Source of the DNA: Dehalococcoidia bacterium
GTDB lineage: Bacteria; Chloroflexota; Dehalococcoidia; Lucifugimonadales; UBA3495
DNA length: 64,000 bases
Direction: 5' to 3'
Assembly: GCA_034428635.1 (NCBI GenBank)
Contig: DAOUHR010000156.1
Coordinates: forward strand, 11,076-75,075
Made by a program: the position numbers and the translations under genes. Of this stretch, positions 37,516 through 45,863 are shown piece by piece. Position 1 is the first letter of the stretch. Every line of letters starts with the position of its first letter. The notes under the pieces are model-generated. The model ran no database searches. It had not been told where the DNA came from and saw only the letters and a list, made by a program, of their open reading frames with translations.

Positions 37516-37574
37516 GTGAAGGGTCAAATGCGCAGCCCCCTCACGGGGGGCGAAGGTCTAGTGGAAGGGTCAAA
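37516..37574. repeat. Direct repeats GTG(G)AAGGGTCAAA flanking a GC hairpin
   Basis: gtgaagggtcaaa at 37516-37528 and gtggaagggtcaaa at 37561-37574. The hairpin gccccc-tcac-gggggc at about 37535-37551 lies between them. On the minus strand each repeat reads TTTGACCCTTC(C)AC. Confidence 0.6.
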
Positions 37575-37776
37575 CGTAAGTGAAGGCACGATATACGCCG
37601 GTTTGCTCTTCTTTGTTCGCCAACCCGGGCAGCGTCTCCATCTGCGGGACCGCCATCGAGTTAACACTTCCCGGCCCCGTTCCTGTGTAGGTCTGAGTCA
37701 CGGCGCCCACCGCCGCCAGGCTCACGGCGACTGACAGCACCACGAATACCGAAACTCCGACTATCGTCCCTTTCAT
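37570..37776 (-). CDS. Possible small secreted/membrane protein (68 aa)
   Basis: ATG 37776 lies 6 nt after GGAAGG. MKGTIVGVSVFVVLSVAVSLAAVGA looks like a signal peptide or TM. There is no homology evidence, and the longer track ORF start (37920) is implausible. Confidence 0.35.
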   Translation of the reverse strand: MKGTIVGVSVFVVLSVAVSLAAVGAVTQTYTGTGPGSVNSMAVPQMETLPGLANKEEQTGVYRAFTYV

Positions 37777-38436
37777 ATCGACCTTCCAGGGGACTTCTCT
37801 TGGTGGCCCTGCCGACCTTACACACCAAGGACCTGTCTCAAGAGTCCCTTCCCTATTTATGAGGCAAGGTTGGGATAGGGGTAATGCCCATCGAATTATT
37901 GGCGCATCCGGCGCCAGCAAATATCACCGGTAGTTTTGGGATAGCCATTAAAGGTTCCAGGTGAGGATATTCTAATACTTTCCCGGCAACTTTGACAATT
38001 CAATAAAGGCGGCGGTCAGTGCCCGCCGGGTCATCCACATCCCGTTGCAGCCCGTAGTCATGCCCTACTGGACTTGTTGAACCGCCTGAACCTTCCCCCA
38101 AGAAACCTGGCTCGGCGCCCCCGAACGAGTCCGCGCATGGTTTTGGATCCTTCCAGGGGATATGTCCGGAGTCCCTCCGGCGCACATTCTACGGACCTGC
38201 ATGACAGCTCGATCTCCTTCACTTCACCCCTCACGCTGCTCCGCTGACGCTTCCCCCTTGCCAGCCTGCATAACGCCCCATCATCCTTGGAAGACATAAC
38301 AGAAAGTTTGCTCTCCCAACTGGTCCCGTTAAATGCAAACAGTCCACTACCCAAATAAAAGAGGCCCAATCCGTCCCACTTTGTATTTGCCTGGCGGTCT
38401 CAATAATGCCCCGGGCACCGCCTTCATCTCATCTCA

Positions 38437-38490
38437 GTCAGATACAAAGACTCAAGCAAATGGGTCAAAATGAGACAAAATGGCACGCAA
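38437..38490. repeat. Second copy of the gtcagatac + 10-bp-phased AAAATGGCAC-like element
   Basis: gtcagatac (38437-38445), then aaatgggtc|aaaatgagac|aaaatggcac in 10-bp register. Compare 6082-6120. Confidence 0.55.
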
Positions 38491-38691
38491 AACAAATATT
38501 TTCTCAGCGCATCCCCGAGCGGCGACGGCAACGCCGGCAATATTGCGTTATTCAATCTGAAGTGGGCAAGAATAGCCGTTACTCGGCAAAACCTGCATTT
38601 ATTCGTAAAGACAGCAAAATTCTTCGGCAGCCCAGTACAACTTGGGCTGGTGAGCGGAAATTCACCCCCATTGCCCTTAGATGAAGAGTCA

Positions 38692-38887
38692 CAGGGCAGT
38701 CGCATTAGGTCTAAGTTGTCATACTGAACGGAGTGAAGAACCTAAACTCCATCCCACGGCCGACTGTGGGACCCGTAACCGGGCTGACATGCAGGATTTC
38801 AGGCCCTTCGTCAAGCTCAGAGCGACTTGTCTTATGCCTGGTGGATGTCTGCCAACTATAGTCTGAATCTAAAACGCGATTGCCCCG
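38692..38887 (+). mobile_element. MITE family A, copy 2 (196 bp)
   Basis: CAGGGCAGTCGCATT...AAAACGCGATTGCCCCG, flanked by a perfect 10-bp direct repeat TGAAGAGTCA (38682-38691 and 38888-38897). Same orientation as copy 1. Confidence 0.85.
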
Positions 38888-39025
38888 TGAAGAGTCAATA
38901 AGCAGGCGGGTATTGCATTCTTTCGTGATAGAATTGTTACCCGATTGTGGGAGCGCGGCTTCAGCCTCTCACGGGCTCTCACTTAAGATGGTCTGACTGA
39001 TTGGCCCCTATATCTGAAGAGGTCT

Positions 39026-40450
39026 TTGCAATTGACCCAGCTTCGCAACATACCCAGCGTGGAACGGGTGCTGTCCTCCGACACCCTGGCTTGGGAATTG
39101 AAAGCCTATAGCAGGGAATGGATCTTGTCCCTCGTCCGCCAGGAACTTGACCGTGCCAGGGCCAGCGTCATGAGGGGCGCCGATGCTCCCACCGTCGAAG
39201 AAGTGGCGCAGGCAGCGCGGCAGGTCATCGAAGACATGAACCGTCCGGCTCCCCAGCCGGTCATCAATGCGACCGGGGTGGTAATCCATACCAACCTTGG
39301 TCGGGCGCCGCTGAGTCGGGCCGCTACCGAAGCGGCCATTAACGCCGCCCAGGGCTATTCCAACCTGGAGTTCGACCTGGACAACGGCCGTCGAGGTTCC
39401 CGCCAGGCTCACCTGCAGAACCTGCTCCAGGAAGTAACCGGCGCGGAGGCTGGCCTGGTGGTCAACAACAACGCCTCGGCGGTGCTGCTTGGCCTGTCTG
39501 CCCTGGCCGCCGGAAAAGAGGTGGTAGTCTCCCGGGGCGAGGCGGTGGAGATTGGTGGCGGCTTTCGCGTGCCCGATGTTCTGTCCCAGAGCGGCGCCAT
39601 CCTGGTGGATGTCGGCACTACCAACCGCACCTACGTGCGAGACTATGAGACCGCCATTTCCCCGGAAACCGGCGCCTTCCTGAAAGCCCACGCCAGCAAT
39701 TTCCGCGTTGAGGGCTTTACAGCCTTTGTGGAACCCGCCGAATTGGTCTCCCTGGGCGCCAGGAGCGGAATACCTGTCCTCCACGACGTCGGCAGCGGCG
39801 CCCTGCTTTCCACCGAAAATTACGGCCTGGCCCACGAACCCACACCCCAGGAAAGCGTTGCCGCTGGCGTGGGCTTGACCTTCTTCTCCGGCGACAAGCT
39901 CTTGGGCGGCCCCCAGGCCGGAATCGTCGTCGGCTCCCGCCACCTGGTCGATCGCCTGGAGCGTCATCCCTTTGCCCGTGCTTTCCGCATCGACAAGATG
40001 AGCCTGGCATCCCTCATTGCGACGCTTATGCACTATTTGCGGGGCGAAGCCGAGCGGGAAATCCCCATTTGGCGAATGATCTCGGCGCCCGTGCAAATCC
40101 TGGAGGAGCGGGCGGAAACGTGGAAGAAGGCAGTCGCCGACCAGGGCCGGGTCTCAGCCAGGGTTGACACCAGCCGGTCTGCCATTGGCGGAGGCAGCCT
40201 GCCGGGCGAAACCCTCCCCACCAGGGTCCTTTCCCTGGATTGCAGTTCCATCCCCGGGGGTCCCGAAGGTCTGATGCAAAGGCTCCGCGCCGCAGACCCG
40301 CCCGTCATCGCCCGCATCGAAGACGACCGCGTCCTGCTGGACCCTCGTACCGTGCTCCCCGACGAGGAGGGGAAATTCCTGAACGGCCTGCTGCGGGCCC
40401 TGGCTGCGGGCCCTGGCATAGAGGGCCCTCCTTCACCGGCTCTTGGCTAA
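39026..40450 (+). CDS. selA: L-seryl-tRNA(Sec) selenium transferase (selenocysteine synthase)
   Basis: VINATGVVIHTNLGRAPL, VNNNASAVLL, SRGEAVEIGGGFRVPDV and FLKAHASNFRVEGFT (PLP-lysine motif) are the SelA hallmarks. The start is TTG 39026 or TTG 39032 (GAAGAGG at 39016-39022). Confidence 0.9.
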   Translation: MQLTQLRNIPSVERVLSSDTLAWELKAYSREWILSLVRQELDRARASVMRGADAPTVEEVAQAARQVIEDMNRPAPQPVINATGVVIHTNLGRAPLSRAATEAAINAAQGYSNLEFDLDNGRRGSRQAHLQNLLQEVTGAEAGLVVNNNASAVLLGLSALAAGKEVVVSRGEAVEIGGGFRVPDVLSQSGAILVDVGTTNRTYVRDYETAISPETGAFLKAHASNFRVEGFTAFVEPAELVSLGARSGIPVLHDVGSGALLSTENYGLAHEPTPQESVAAGVGLTFFSGDKLLGGPQAGIVVGSRHLVDRLERHPFARAFRIDKMSLASLIATLMHYLRGEAEREIPIWRMISAPVQILEERAETWKKAVADQGRVSARVDTSRSAIGGGSLPGETLPTRVLSLDCSSIPGGPEGLMQRLRAADPPVIARIEDDRVLLDPRTVLPDEEGKFLNGLLRALAAGPGIEGPPSPALG

Positions 40451-40531
40451 GAAATTGACATATCAGGTCGCAGCCAGTCGCCCCGTGCTCCTTATCGTCG
40501 TTAACCCTTCCCTGGAGAGAATTGCACCGAC

Positions 40532-41293
40532 ATGACCGATTTTCTGATAGTACACGACGTCGGCCAGGGAGCCTGGTTCTGGAACAAAGTGTGGGGCGGC
40601 GTTACCGCCCCCTCCGAGCACCCCCCCACGCTTTACAAGCCCCACTATTCCAGCCAGTTCGTCATCCTCAACCTGCCCGGCCACGGCGACGATGAGGAGG
40701 GGGACACCGGCGACGTCCGCCTGGATGAGTGCGTTCAGGCCATCGCCCGTGTCGTGGAACGCCGTGGAATGAAGGATCTGGTGCTGGTGGGTCATGGCGT
40801 CGGAGGGATGATTGCAGCCCAGGCTGCCAGTCTGCTGCCCGATCCCCCCAAAAGGCTGGCCCTGATCGCCGGTGTGGTTCCTGAGAGAAACAGGACGCCC
40901 CTTTCCCTCCTGCCTGGCGCCGTTCGCAAGTGCTTCTCACCAGGCATTGGCTGGAGCAGCATGCTCGGCAGGGACCTCAGGCTTACCCCATCGGTCATTT
41001 CCAGGTTCCTTTGCAACGGAATGGAACCCCGCGAAATCAACCGGGCGCTAGGCTATTTTGGACCCCTTCCCACCAGGCTTATGAAGACGGGCGTTGACCT
41101 GCCCCTTTCCGACCTGCCCTGCCCGGTCACTTACGTTATCCTGGACCAGGACCGGATGCTGACGCCCCCCGTCCAGGTGGCCATGGCCAGGCTGATTCCC
41201 GACGTTGACATCCAGCACCTGGATTCCTGCCACCAGGCGCCGCTCCACGTACCCCACAAGACGGGCGAGCTTCTGTTGTCCCTCTCCCGATAA
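40532..41293 (+). CDS. Alpha/beta-hydrolase fold protein with Gly at the nucleophile position
   Basis: 253 aa. FLIVHDVGQGAWFW resembles the SABP2/methylesterase-type N-terminus. The nucleophile elbow reads LVLVGHGVGGM (GGC Gly where G-x-S-x-G Ser is expected). Candidate Asp (ILDQD) and His (DSCHQAP) are retained. Confidence 0.7.
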   Translation: MTDFLIVHDVGQGAWFWNKVWGGVTAPSEHPPTLYKPHYSSQFVILNLPGHGDDEEGDTGDVRLDECVQAIARVVERRGMKDLVLVGHGVGGMIAAQAASLLPDPPKRLALIAGVVPERNRTPLSLLPGAVRKCFSPGIGWSSMLGRDLRLTPSVISRFLCNGMEPREINRALGYFGPLPTRLMKTGVDLPLSDLPCPVTYVILDQDRMLTPPVQVAMARLIPDVDIQHLDSCHQAPLHVPHKTGELLLSLSR

Positions 41294-41345
41294 GGAAAGG
41301 CCTCCGTAGAGCAGTCCGGCGGCTCCGGCTATGCTAGACTGAGGC

Positions 41346-42596
41346 ATGTCCTTCGTTGCAGACCTTCACCTCCACTCCTCTTACGCCTACGCCACCAGTT
41401 CTGCCCTCACCCTGGACAACCTGGCAGCCTGGGCCCGCCTCAAGGGCATCCACCTCCTCGCCACTGCCGACTTCACCCACCCCATTTGGTTCCAGCAGTT
41501 GAAGGACAGCCTCAAGGAGGGGCCCGACGGCGCCTACCATTACGGCGGCGTCAACTTCGTCATGGGCACCGAGGTAAGCTGCGTATTCAAGCAGGACGGC
41601 CGGGGTCGAAGGGTCCACCTGCTCGTCTACGCTCCCCACATGGCCACGGCTGAAGCCCTGACCGCAGAGTACGCCAGGTATGGCAACCTTCAGGCAGACG
41701 GGCGGCCCACTCTCTCCCTCTCAGCCAGGGACGCCGTCCACCTGACCCTGGACACCAACCCGGACTGCATGGTCGTACCCGCCCACGCCTGGACTCCCTG
41801 GTACGGCATCTTCGGCTCCAAGTCTGGCTTCGACAGTCTCTCCGACGCCTTCGGCGATATGGTTGACCACGTCCCCGCCATCGAGACCGGCCTCTCCAGC
41901 GACCCAGAGATGAACTGGAGAGTGCCCGACCTTGCAAACAAGGCCATCGTCTCCTTCTCCGACGCCCATTCCCTGCCCAGGCTGGGCCGCGAGATGACTG
42001 TCTTCCAGGGTGAACCCACGTTCCAGGGCCTGCACCAGGGCCTCACGCGCAATCGAGTCGAGTTCACCGTAGAGATGTACCCTGAGGAGGGAAAGTACCA
42101 CTTCGACGGCCACCGCAAGTGCGGAGTAAGCTGGCACCCCGACCAGACCCTCAGGGAAGGACAGTCCTGCCCCGAATGCGGCCGCCCCCTGACCCTCGGC
42201 GTACTCCACCGCGCCCTCAACCTGCAGTCGGAAGGTGCAGAAGGACCGGCCGGCGGGCCCCAGCCTGACCTCAGCACCCGTGCCGACTCCCTCCCTGCCA
42301 ACGCGGTTCTGTCCGATGCCAACCGGCCCCCTTTCGTCCGTATGGTTCCCCTCGTTGACATAATCTCGGCCGTGACGGGGCGTGGCCCCAACACCAAGGG
42401 GGTTCAGCGCATCTACGCTGACATCATCTCTACCGCAAGTTCCGAGTTGCGCGCCCTCCTGTGGGCAAACGAATCTGAACTAATTGGGGCCTGCGGCGAA
42501 GCCCTGGCCTCGGCCATTGTCAGAGTCAGAAACGGCGACATCCAGGTTGAACCAGGCTACGACGGCGTTTACGGCAAGGTGTCAATCCCTCCCTAA
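41346..42596 (+). CDS. Endonuclease Q-like PHP-domain protein
   Basis: 416 aa. ADLHLHSSYAYATS, VPAHAWTPWYG, GLSSDPEM, SFSDAHSLPRLGRE, GKYHFDGHRKC...CPECG (zinc finger) and C-terminal PGYDGVYGKVSI are collinear with archaeal EndoQ as I recall it. Confidence 0.7.
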   Translation: MSFVADLHLHSSYAYATSSALTLDNLAAWARLKGIHLLATADFTHPIWFQQLKDSLKEGPDGAYHYGGVNFVMGTEVSCVFKQDGRGRRVHLLVYAPHMATAEALTAEYARYGNLQADGRPTLSLSARDAVHLTLDTNPDCMVVPAHAWTPWYGIFGSKSGFDSLSDAFGDMVDHVPAIETGLSSDPEMNWRVPDLANKAIVSFSDAHSLPRLGREMTVFQGEPTFQGLHQGLTRNRVEFTVEMYPEEGKYHFDGHRKCGVSWHPDQTLREGQSCPECGRPLTLGVLHRALNLQSEGAEGPAGGPQPDLSTRADSLPANAVLSDANRPPFVRMVPLVDIISAVTGRGPNTKGVQRIYADIISTASSELRALLWANESELIGACGEALASAIVRVRNGDIQVEPGYDGVYGKVSIPP

Positions 42597-42790
42597 AGCT
42601 CACTTTATCTGACCGGCTAGGCAACCTGAGGCCAGCAAGGACGAGTCCTGACCTTACTCAGTCGCCAGCATGACCTTGGCCCACCCCGGACCTGACAGTG
42701 CCAATTGCAAACGCAAGTTCCTATGCTAAAATTCGCCAAACCTTACTCTCAGGCTTGTTACCTACTCTAGTGGCAGGGTTAGTTGCAGCG

Positions 42791-43459
42791 ATGGATGTAG
42801 AACTCCGCAGGATGACGCCGGCGGACATCGACCAGGTAATTGAAATCGAGCGCGAAGCTTTTGCCCCCCTCTTTATGGGTGCTTCTCTCAAACGCGACGT
42901 CAACAACAAGTATGCCCGATATCTGGTGGCCTACGAACCACATGCCGCGGCCGACGACCCAGAGCAGGTTCCCCTCGGCATTACCCCAGCCGAATGCGAC
43001 GCGGGGGACGATTCCCTATGGGGTCGGATGGTCAGGGGTGTCAGAGGCATGGTAGGGCGGCAGGCTGACGCCGACTCTCAGCCCCACGATATTGCCGGGT
43101 ATGTCGGGCTTTGGTTCCAGGGAAATGAAACCCACATTACCGAGATCGCTGTCAGGGAGGAATTACGCGGCAACGGCATTGGCGAATTGTTGCTCATAGG
43201 TTCCGTCCGAGTCGCCTTGGAACACGGGTCAACTGTCCTCACCCTGGAAGCCAGGGTATCCAATTTCATAGCCCAGAGGCTGTACGAGAAATATGGGTTC
43301 AAGGAAGCCGGGATCAGGAAGAACTATTACTCAGATAATCGGGAAGACGCGGTCATAATGACCACCAGCCCCATCCACGCCGCAGATTACCGGGAGAAGT
43401 TCCGACAATTGCAGGAGGCCTACCTGGATCGATGGGGCGAAATGAAGATTGAAATATGA
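42791..43459 (+). CDS. rimI: GNAT N-acetyltransferase, RimI-like, with about 60-aa insertion
   Basis: ATG 42791 gives MDVELRRMTPADIDQVIEIEREAF. Acetyl-CoA motif IAVREELRGNGIGELLL, then YEKYGFKEAGIRKNYY. The track start at 42698 is upstream. Confidence 0.6.
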   Translation: MDVELRRMTPADIDQVIEIEREAFAPLFMGASLKRDVNNKYARYLVAYEPHAAADDPEQVPLGITPAECDAGDDSLWGRMVRGVRGMVGRQADADSQPHDIAGYVGLWFQGNETHITEIAVREELRGNGIGELLLIGSVRVALEHGSTVLTLEARVSNFIAQRLYEKYGFKEAGIRKNYYSDNREDAVIMTTSPIHAADYREKFRQLQEAYLDRWGEMKIEI

Positions 43460-43502
43460 CGCCGTTTCCCTGTCCATGTATGACGCCGTTTCCCTGTCCA
43501 TG
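43455..43502. repeat. Perfect 24-bp tandem duplication (tatgacgccgtttccctgtccatg x2) starting at the rimI stop codon
   Basis: Units 43455-43478 and 43479-43502 are identical. The first unit contains the TGA stop (43457-43459). Confidence 0.95.
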
Positions 43503-43670
43503 TAGGATGCCAGCGCCATTTGGTCAAGCATAAAAGCTCAACCCGCCTCCGCGCGGAAAGGGAATACCCCGCGGACAATTCCTGTTATGTGTACTCCACA
43601 TTGTGTCAACTTCGATTAATGTCTGCTGAAAACCTGTGGGTCGCTTGTTCCATGGAGCCACCAGGCAAGG

Positions 43671-43699
43671 TTGACCCATAGTTACCCCCTTGTTAGAAT
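43671..43699 (+). promoter_or_regulatory. Sigma70-like promoter TTGACC-N17-TAGAAT for the coaE operon
   Basis: TTGACC at 43671-43676, a 17-nt spacer, then TAGAAT at 43694-43699, 30 nt upstream of ATG 43730. Confidence 0.5.
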
Positions 43700-43729
43700 T
43701 GCCGGAGTGTTTTCAAGAATGGGGCCTGA

Positions 43730-44341
43730 ATGTTAGTCATTGGCCTGACCGGCGGAATCGGCACCGGTAAGACCGAAGTATCCAGGTTGCTGGCGCAACT
43801 GGGAGCAACGGTCATCAATGCGGACCAAGTGGGACACGAGGCCTACACTCCCCATTCCGAGGCCTGGCAGGAAGTAGTCAGGACTTTCGGTGAGGATATT
43901 CTCCAGGCTAGCGGTGAAATTGACCGCCGGAAGCTGGGAGGCATTGTCTTCGCAGATTCCGAGCGGTTGGCGACTTTGAACGGGATAATGCATCCTCGAA
44001 TGGCCGCCATTGTCAGGGAGAAGCTGGAGGTCCTGGAAAGTCAGGGAACCGATGTTGCCGTGGTTGAGGCAGCGGTGCTGTTTGAAGCCGGTTGGGACGC
44101 ACTGGTTGGCGAAGTCTGGACCACCGAGTCTTTGGCTGATACGGTGGTGGAAAGGCTGCAACAGCGAAACGGTTTCGCCCCCGCGGAGATTCGCAAGCGA
44201 ATTGCCTCCCAGATGCCCTCCGAGGATCGGGCCCGCCGAGCCGATGAGGTTATCGAAAACGACGGCGAACTGGAAGACCTGGAAACTGCGGTCCGGGGAA
44301 TTTGGAAACGCAGAGTAGAAGGAAGGATTGAACGAACATAA
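43730..44341 (+). CDS. coaE: Dephospho-CoA kinase
   Basis: [18 protein letters not shown] (P-loop), NADQVGHE, and typical CoaE length (203 aa). Confidence 0.9.
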   Translation: MLVIGLTGGIGTGKTEVSRLLAQLGATVINADQVGHEAYTPHSEAWQEVVRTFGEDILQASGEIDRRKLGGIVFADSERLATLNGIMHPRMAAIVREKLEVLESQGTDVAVVEAAVLFEAGWDALVGEVWTTESLADTVVERLQQRNGFAPAEIRKRIASQMPSEDRARRADEVIENDGELEDLETAVRGIWKRRVEGRIERT

Positions 44342-45261
44342 TGGTAGAAGCGGTTGAGTCCGAACAGAATGAACCCCAATATAAGGAATATGCTATCGAA
44401 GAGTTCCTGGTTCGCAGTGAACCTTATTATCGTCCGGTAGGCGATGAACTGGAGCTTTTTACGGCTGCCTATAACCAGCACATCCCGGTACTGCTTAAAG
44501 GGCCCACCGGTTGCGGTAAGACCCGTTTTGTAGAATATATGGCCTGGAAGCTCGGGCGCCCGATGACGGTGGTACGTCCTATGGATGGCGGCCTCCCTGC
44601 CCAGGAACTGGGGGAAGGAGAAGTCCGCGTACCCCTGGTTACTATCGCGTGCCACGAAGACCTTACCGCCAGCGACCTGGTGGGGCGCTATCTCCTGGAT
44701 TCGGATGGGACCCGCTGGATCGACGGGCCGATGACCAGGGCAGTCAAGGCCGGCGCTATCCTCTACCTGGACGAAGTGGTAGAAGCACGTAAGGACACCA
44801 CGGTGCTTATCCACCCCCTTACGGACCACCGCCGTATTCTACCGGTGGAAAAAACGGGGCAGATCATTGAGGCCGACGACCGGTTTCTGCTCTGTATTTC
44901 CTACAACCCGCACTATCAGAGCGCGCTGAAAGACCTCAAGCACAGCACCCGCCAGCGGTTTATTTCCGTGGAGTTTGACTATCCTCCCGCCGACATCGAG
45001 GCGGAGATTGTCCAGAAGGAAAGTGGCTGCAGCGAAGAACAAGCTAATGCTCTTGCCAAGCTGGGTGAAAAGGTCCGGAATTTGCGGGACCACGGGCTCG
45101 CCGAGGGCGCCAGCACCCGTCTCTTGATCTACGCTGGGCGCCTGATGAGGGAAGGCATTCCCGCCCGCCGCGCCTGCCAGGTGGCCATCGTCTGGACCCT
45201 TACCGATGAGGCCGAACTGCAGCGCAGCGTGGAAGAGGTGGTTTCCTCCATCTTCGAATAG
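44341..45261 (+). CDS. MoxR-class AAA+ ATPase, CbbQ/NirQ/NorQ-like
   Basis: The ATG overlaps the coaE stop (TAATG). Walker [11 protein letters not shown], Walker [11 protein letters not shown], and a sensor/arginine region ([21 protein letters not shown]). About 306 aa, as for CbbQ/NorQ. Confidence 0.8.
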   Translation: MVEAVESEQNEPQYKEYAIEEFLVRSEPYYRPVGDELELFTAAYNQHIPVLLKGPTGCGKTRFVEYMAWKLGRPMTVVRPMDGGLPAQELGEGEVRVPLVTIACHEDLTASDLVGRYLLDSDGTRWIDGPMTRAVKAGAILYLDEVVEARKDTTVLIHPLTDHRRILPVEKTGQIIEADDRFLLCISYNPHYQSALKDLKHSTRQRFISVEFDYPPADIEAEIVQKESGCSEEQANALAKLGEKVRNLRDHGLAEGASTRLLIYAGRLMREGIPARRACQVAIVWTLTDEAELQRSVEEVVSSIFE

Positions 45262-45269
45262 AGGTTTCG

Positions 45270-45863
45270 ATGGGTTTATCCATCCCCGACCTGGTTAAGC
45301 AGGCACTGGCGCGTCGGTCCAAGTGGAGTTTGACCGACGAAAGCCTGATGCCTGCTGCCGTTTTGATCACCTTGTACCCCAAGGATGGAGAATATTGCGT
45401 CCTGCTCAACAAACGGTCGGAACTGGTTGAGCATCACAAAGGTGAAATTTCCTTCCCCGGCGGAGCCAGGGACCCGGAAGATGATGACTTTTTGGCAACC
45501 GCCCTGAGGGAAGCTCACGAAGAAATGGGCATTAGGCCTGCGGATGTATCCGTCCTCGGGGAACTGGACGATGCCGTAACCCGCAGCGGGTTCGGGGTCC
45601 GGGTGTTTGTGGGCGAAATACCCCATCCATATCCCTTTGAGCCCAGCGACTTGGAAATCGCAGAAGTCCTGGAAGTCCCCATTCTGAACCTTTACGACCC
45701 GGCTAATGTCCGCTGGGAAACCCGTTGGAACGGGGAAGGACTAACTACGGTCTATTCCTATGTCCACGAGGAGCACGTGGTCTTCGGCGCCACTGCCAAG
45801 ATTCTCCAGCAGTTCCTGGACATAATGGAAGAGCCTTTGAAAAAGGAGGGGCTGACGTCTTGA
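45270..45863 (+). CDS. Nudix hydrolase, CoA pyrophosphatase (NUDT7/PCD1-like) type
   Basis: AAVLITLYPKDGEYCVLLNKRSELVEHHKGEISFPGGARDPEDDDFLATALREAHEEMGI shows the CoA-pyrophosphatase signature immediately N-terminal to the Nudix box. Confidence 0.75.
   Translation: MGLSIPDLVKQALARRSKWSLTDESLMPAAVLITLYPKDGEYCVLLNKRSELVEHHKGEISFPGGARDPEDDDFLATALREAHEEMGIRPADVSVLGELDDAVTRSGFGVRVFVGEIPHPYPFEPSDLEIAEVLEVPILNLYDPANVRWETRWNGEGLTTVYSYVHEEHVVFGATAKILQQFLDIMEEPLKKEGLTS

Noticed and set aside
37492-37734. 80-aa plus-strand ORF and other 60-116-aa ORFs between 37.5 and 38.9 kb
   Set aside because: They are Arg/Cys/Ser/Gly-rich, overlap each other in multiple frames, and partly read through MITE-A. None has a convincing RBS except the 68-aa ORF, which is listed with low confidence.
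37921-39025. Search for tRNA-Sec, tmRNA or RNase P RNA next to selA
   Set aside because: I could find no GGTTCGA-type T-loop, no UCA anticodon stem-loop with A37, no GGAAAGTCCGGGC (RNase P) and no tmRNA tag/acceptor motifs on either strand. A computational scan is still advisable.
3930-43502. Tandem repeats (15, 18, 24 bp) as possible CRISPR or minisatellite arrays
   Set aside because: Each has only two units with no spacers. No cas genes or longer arrays occur anywhere in the window.
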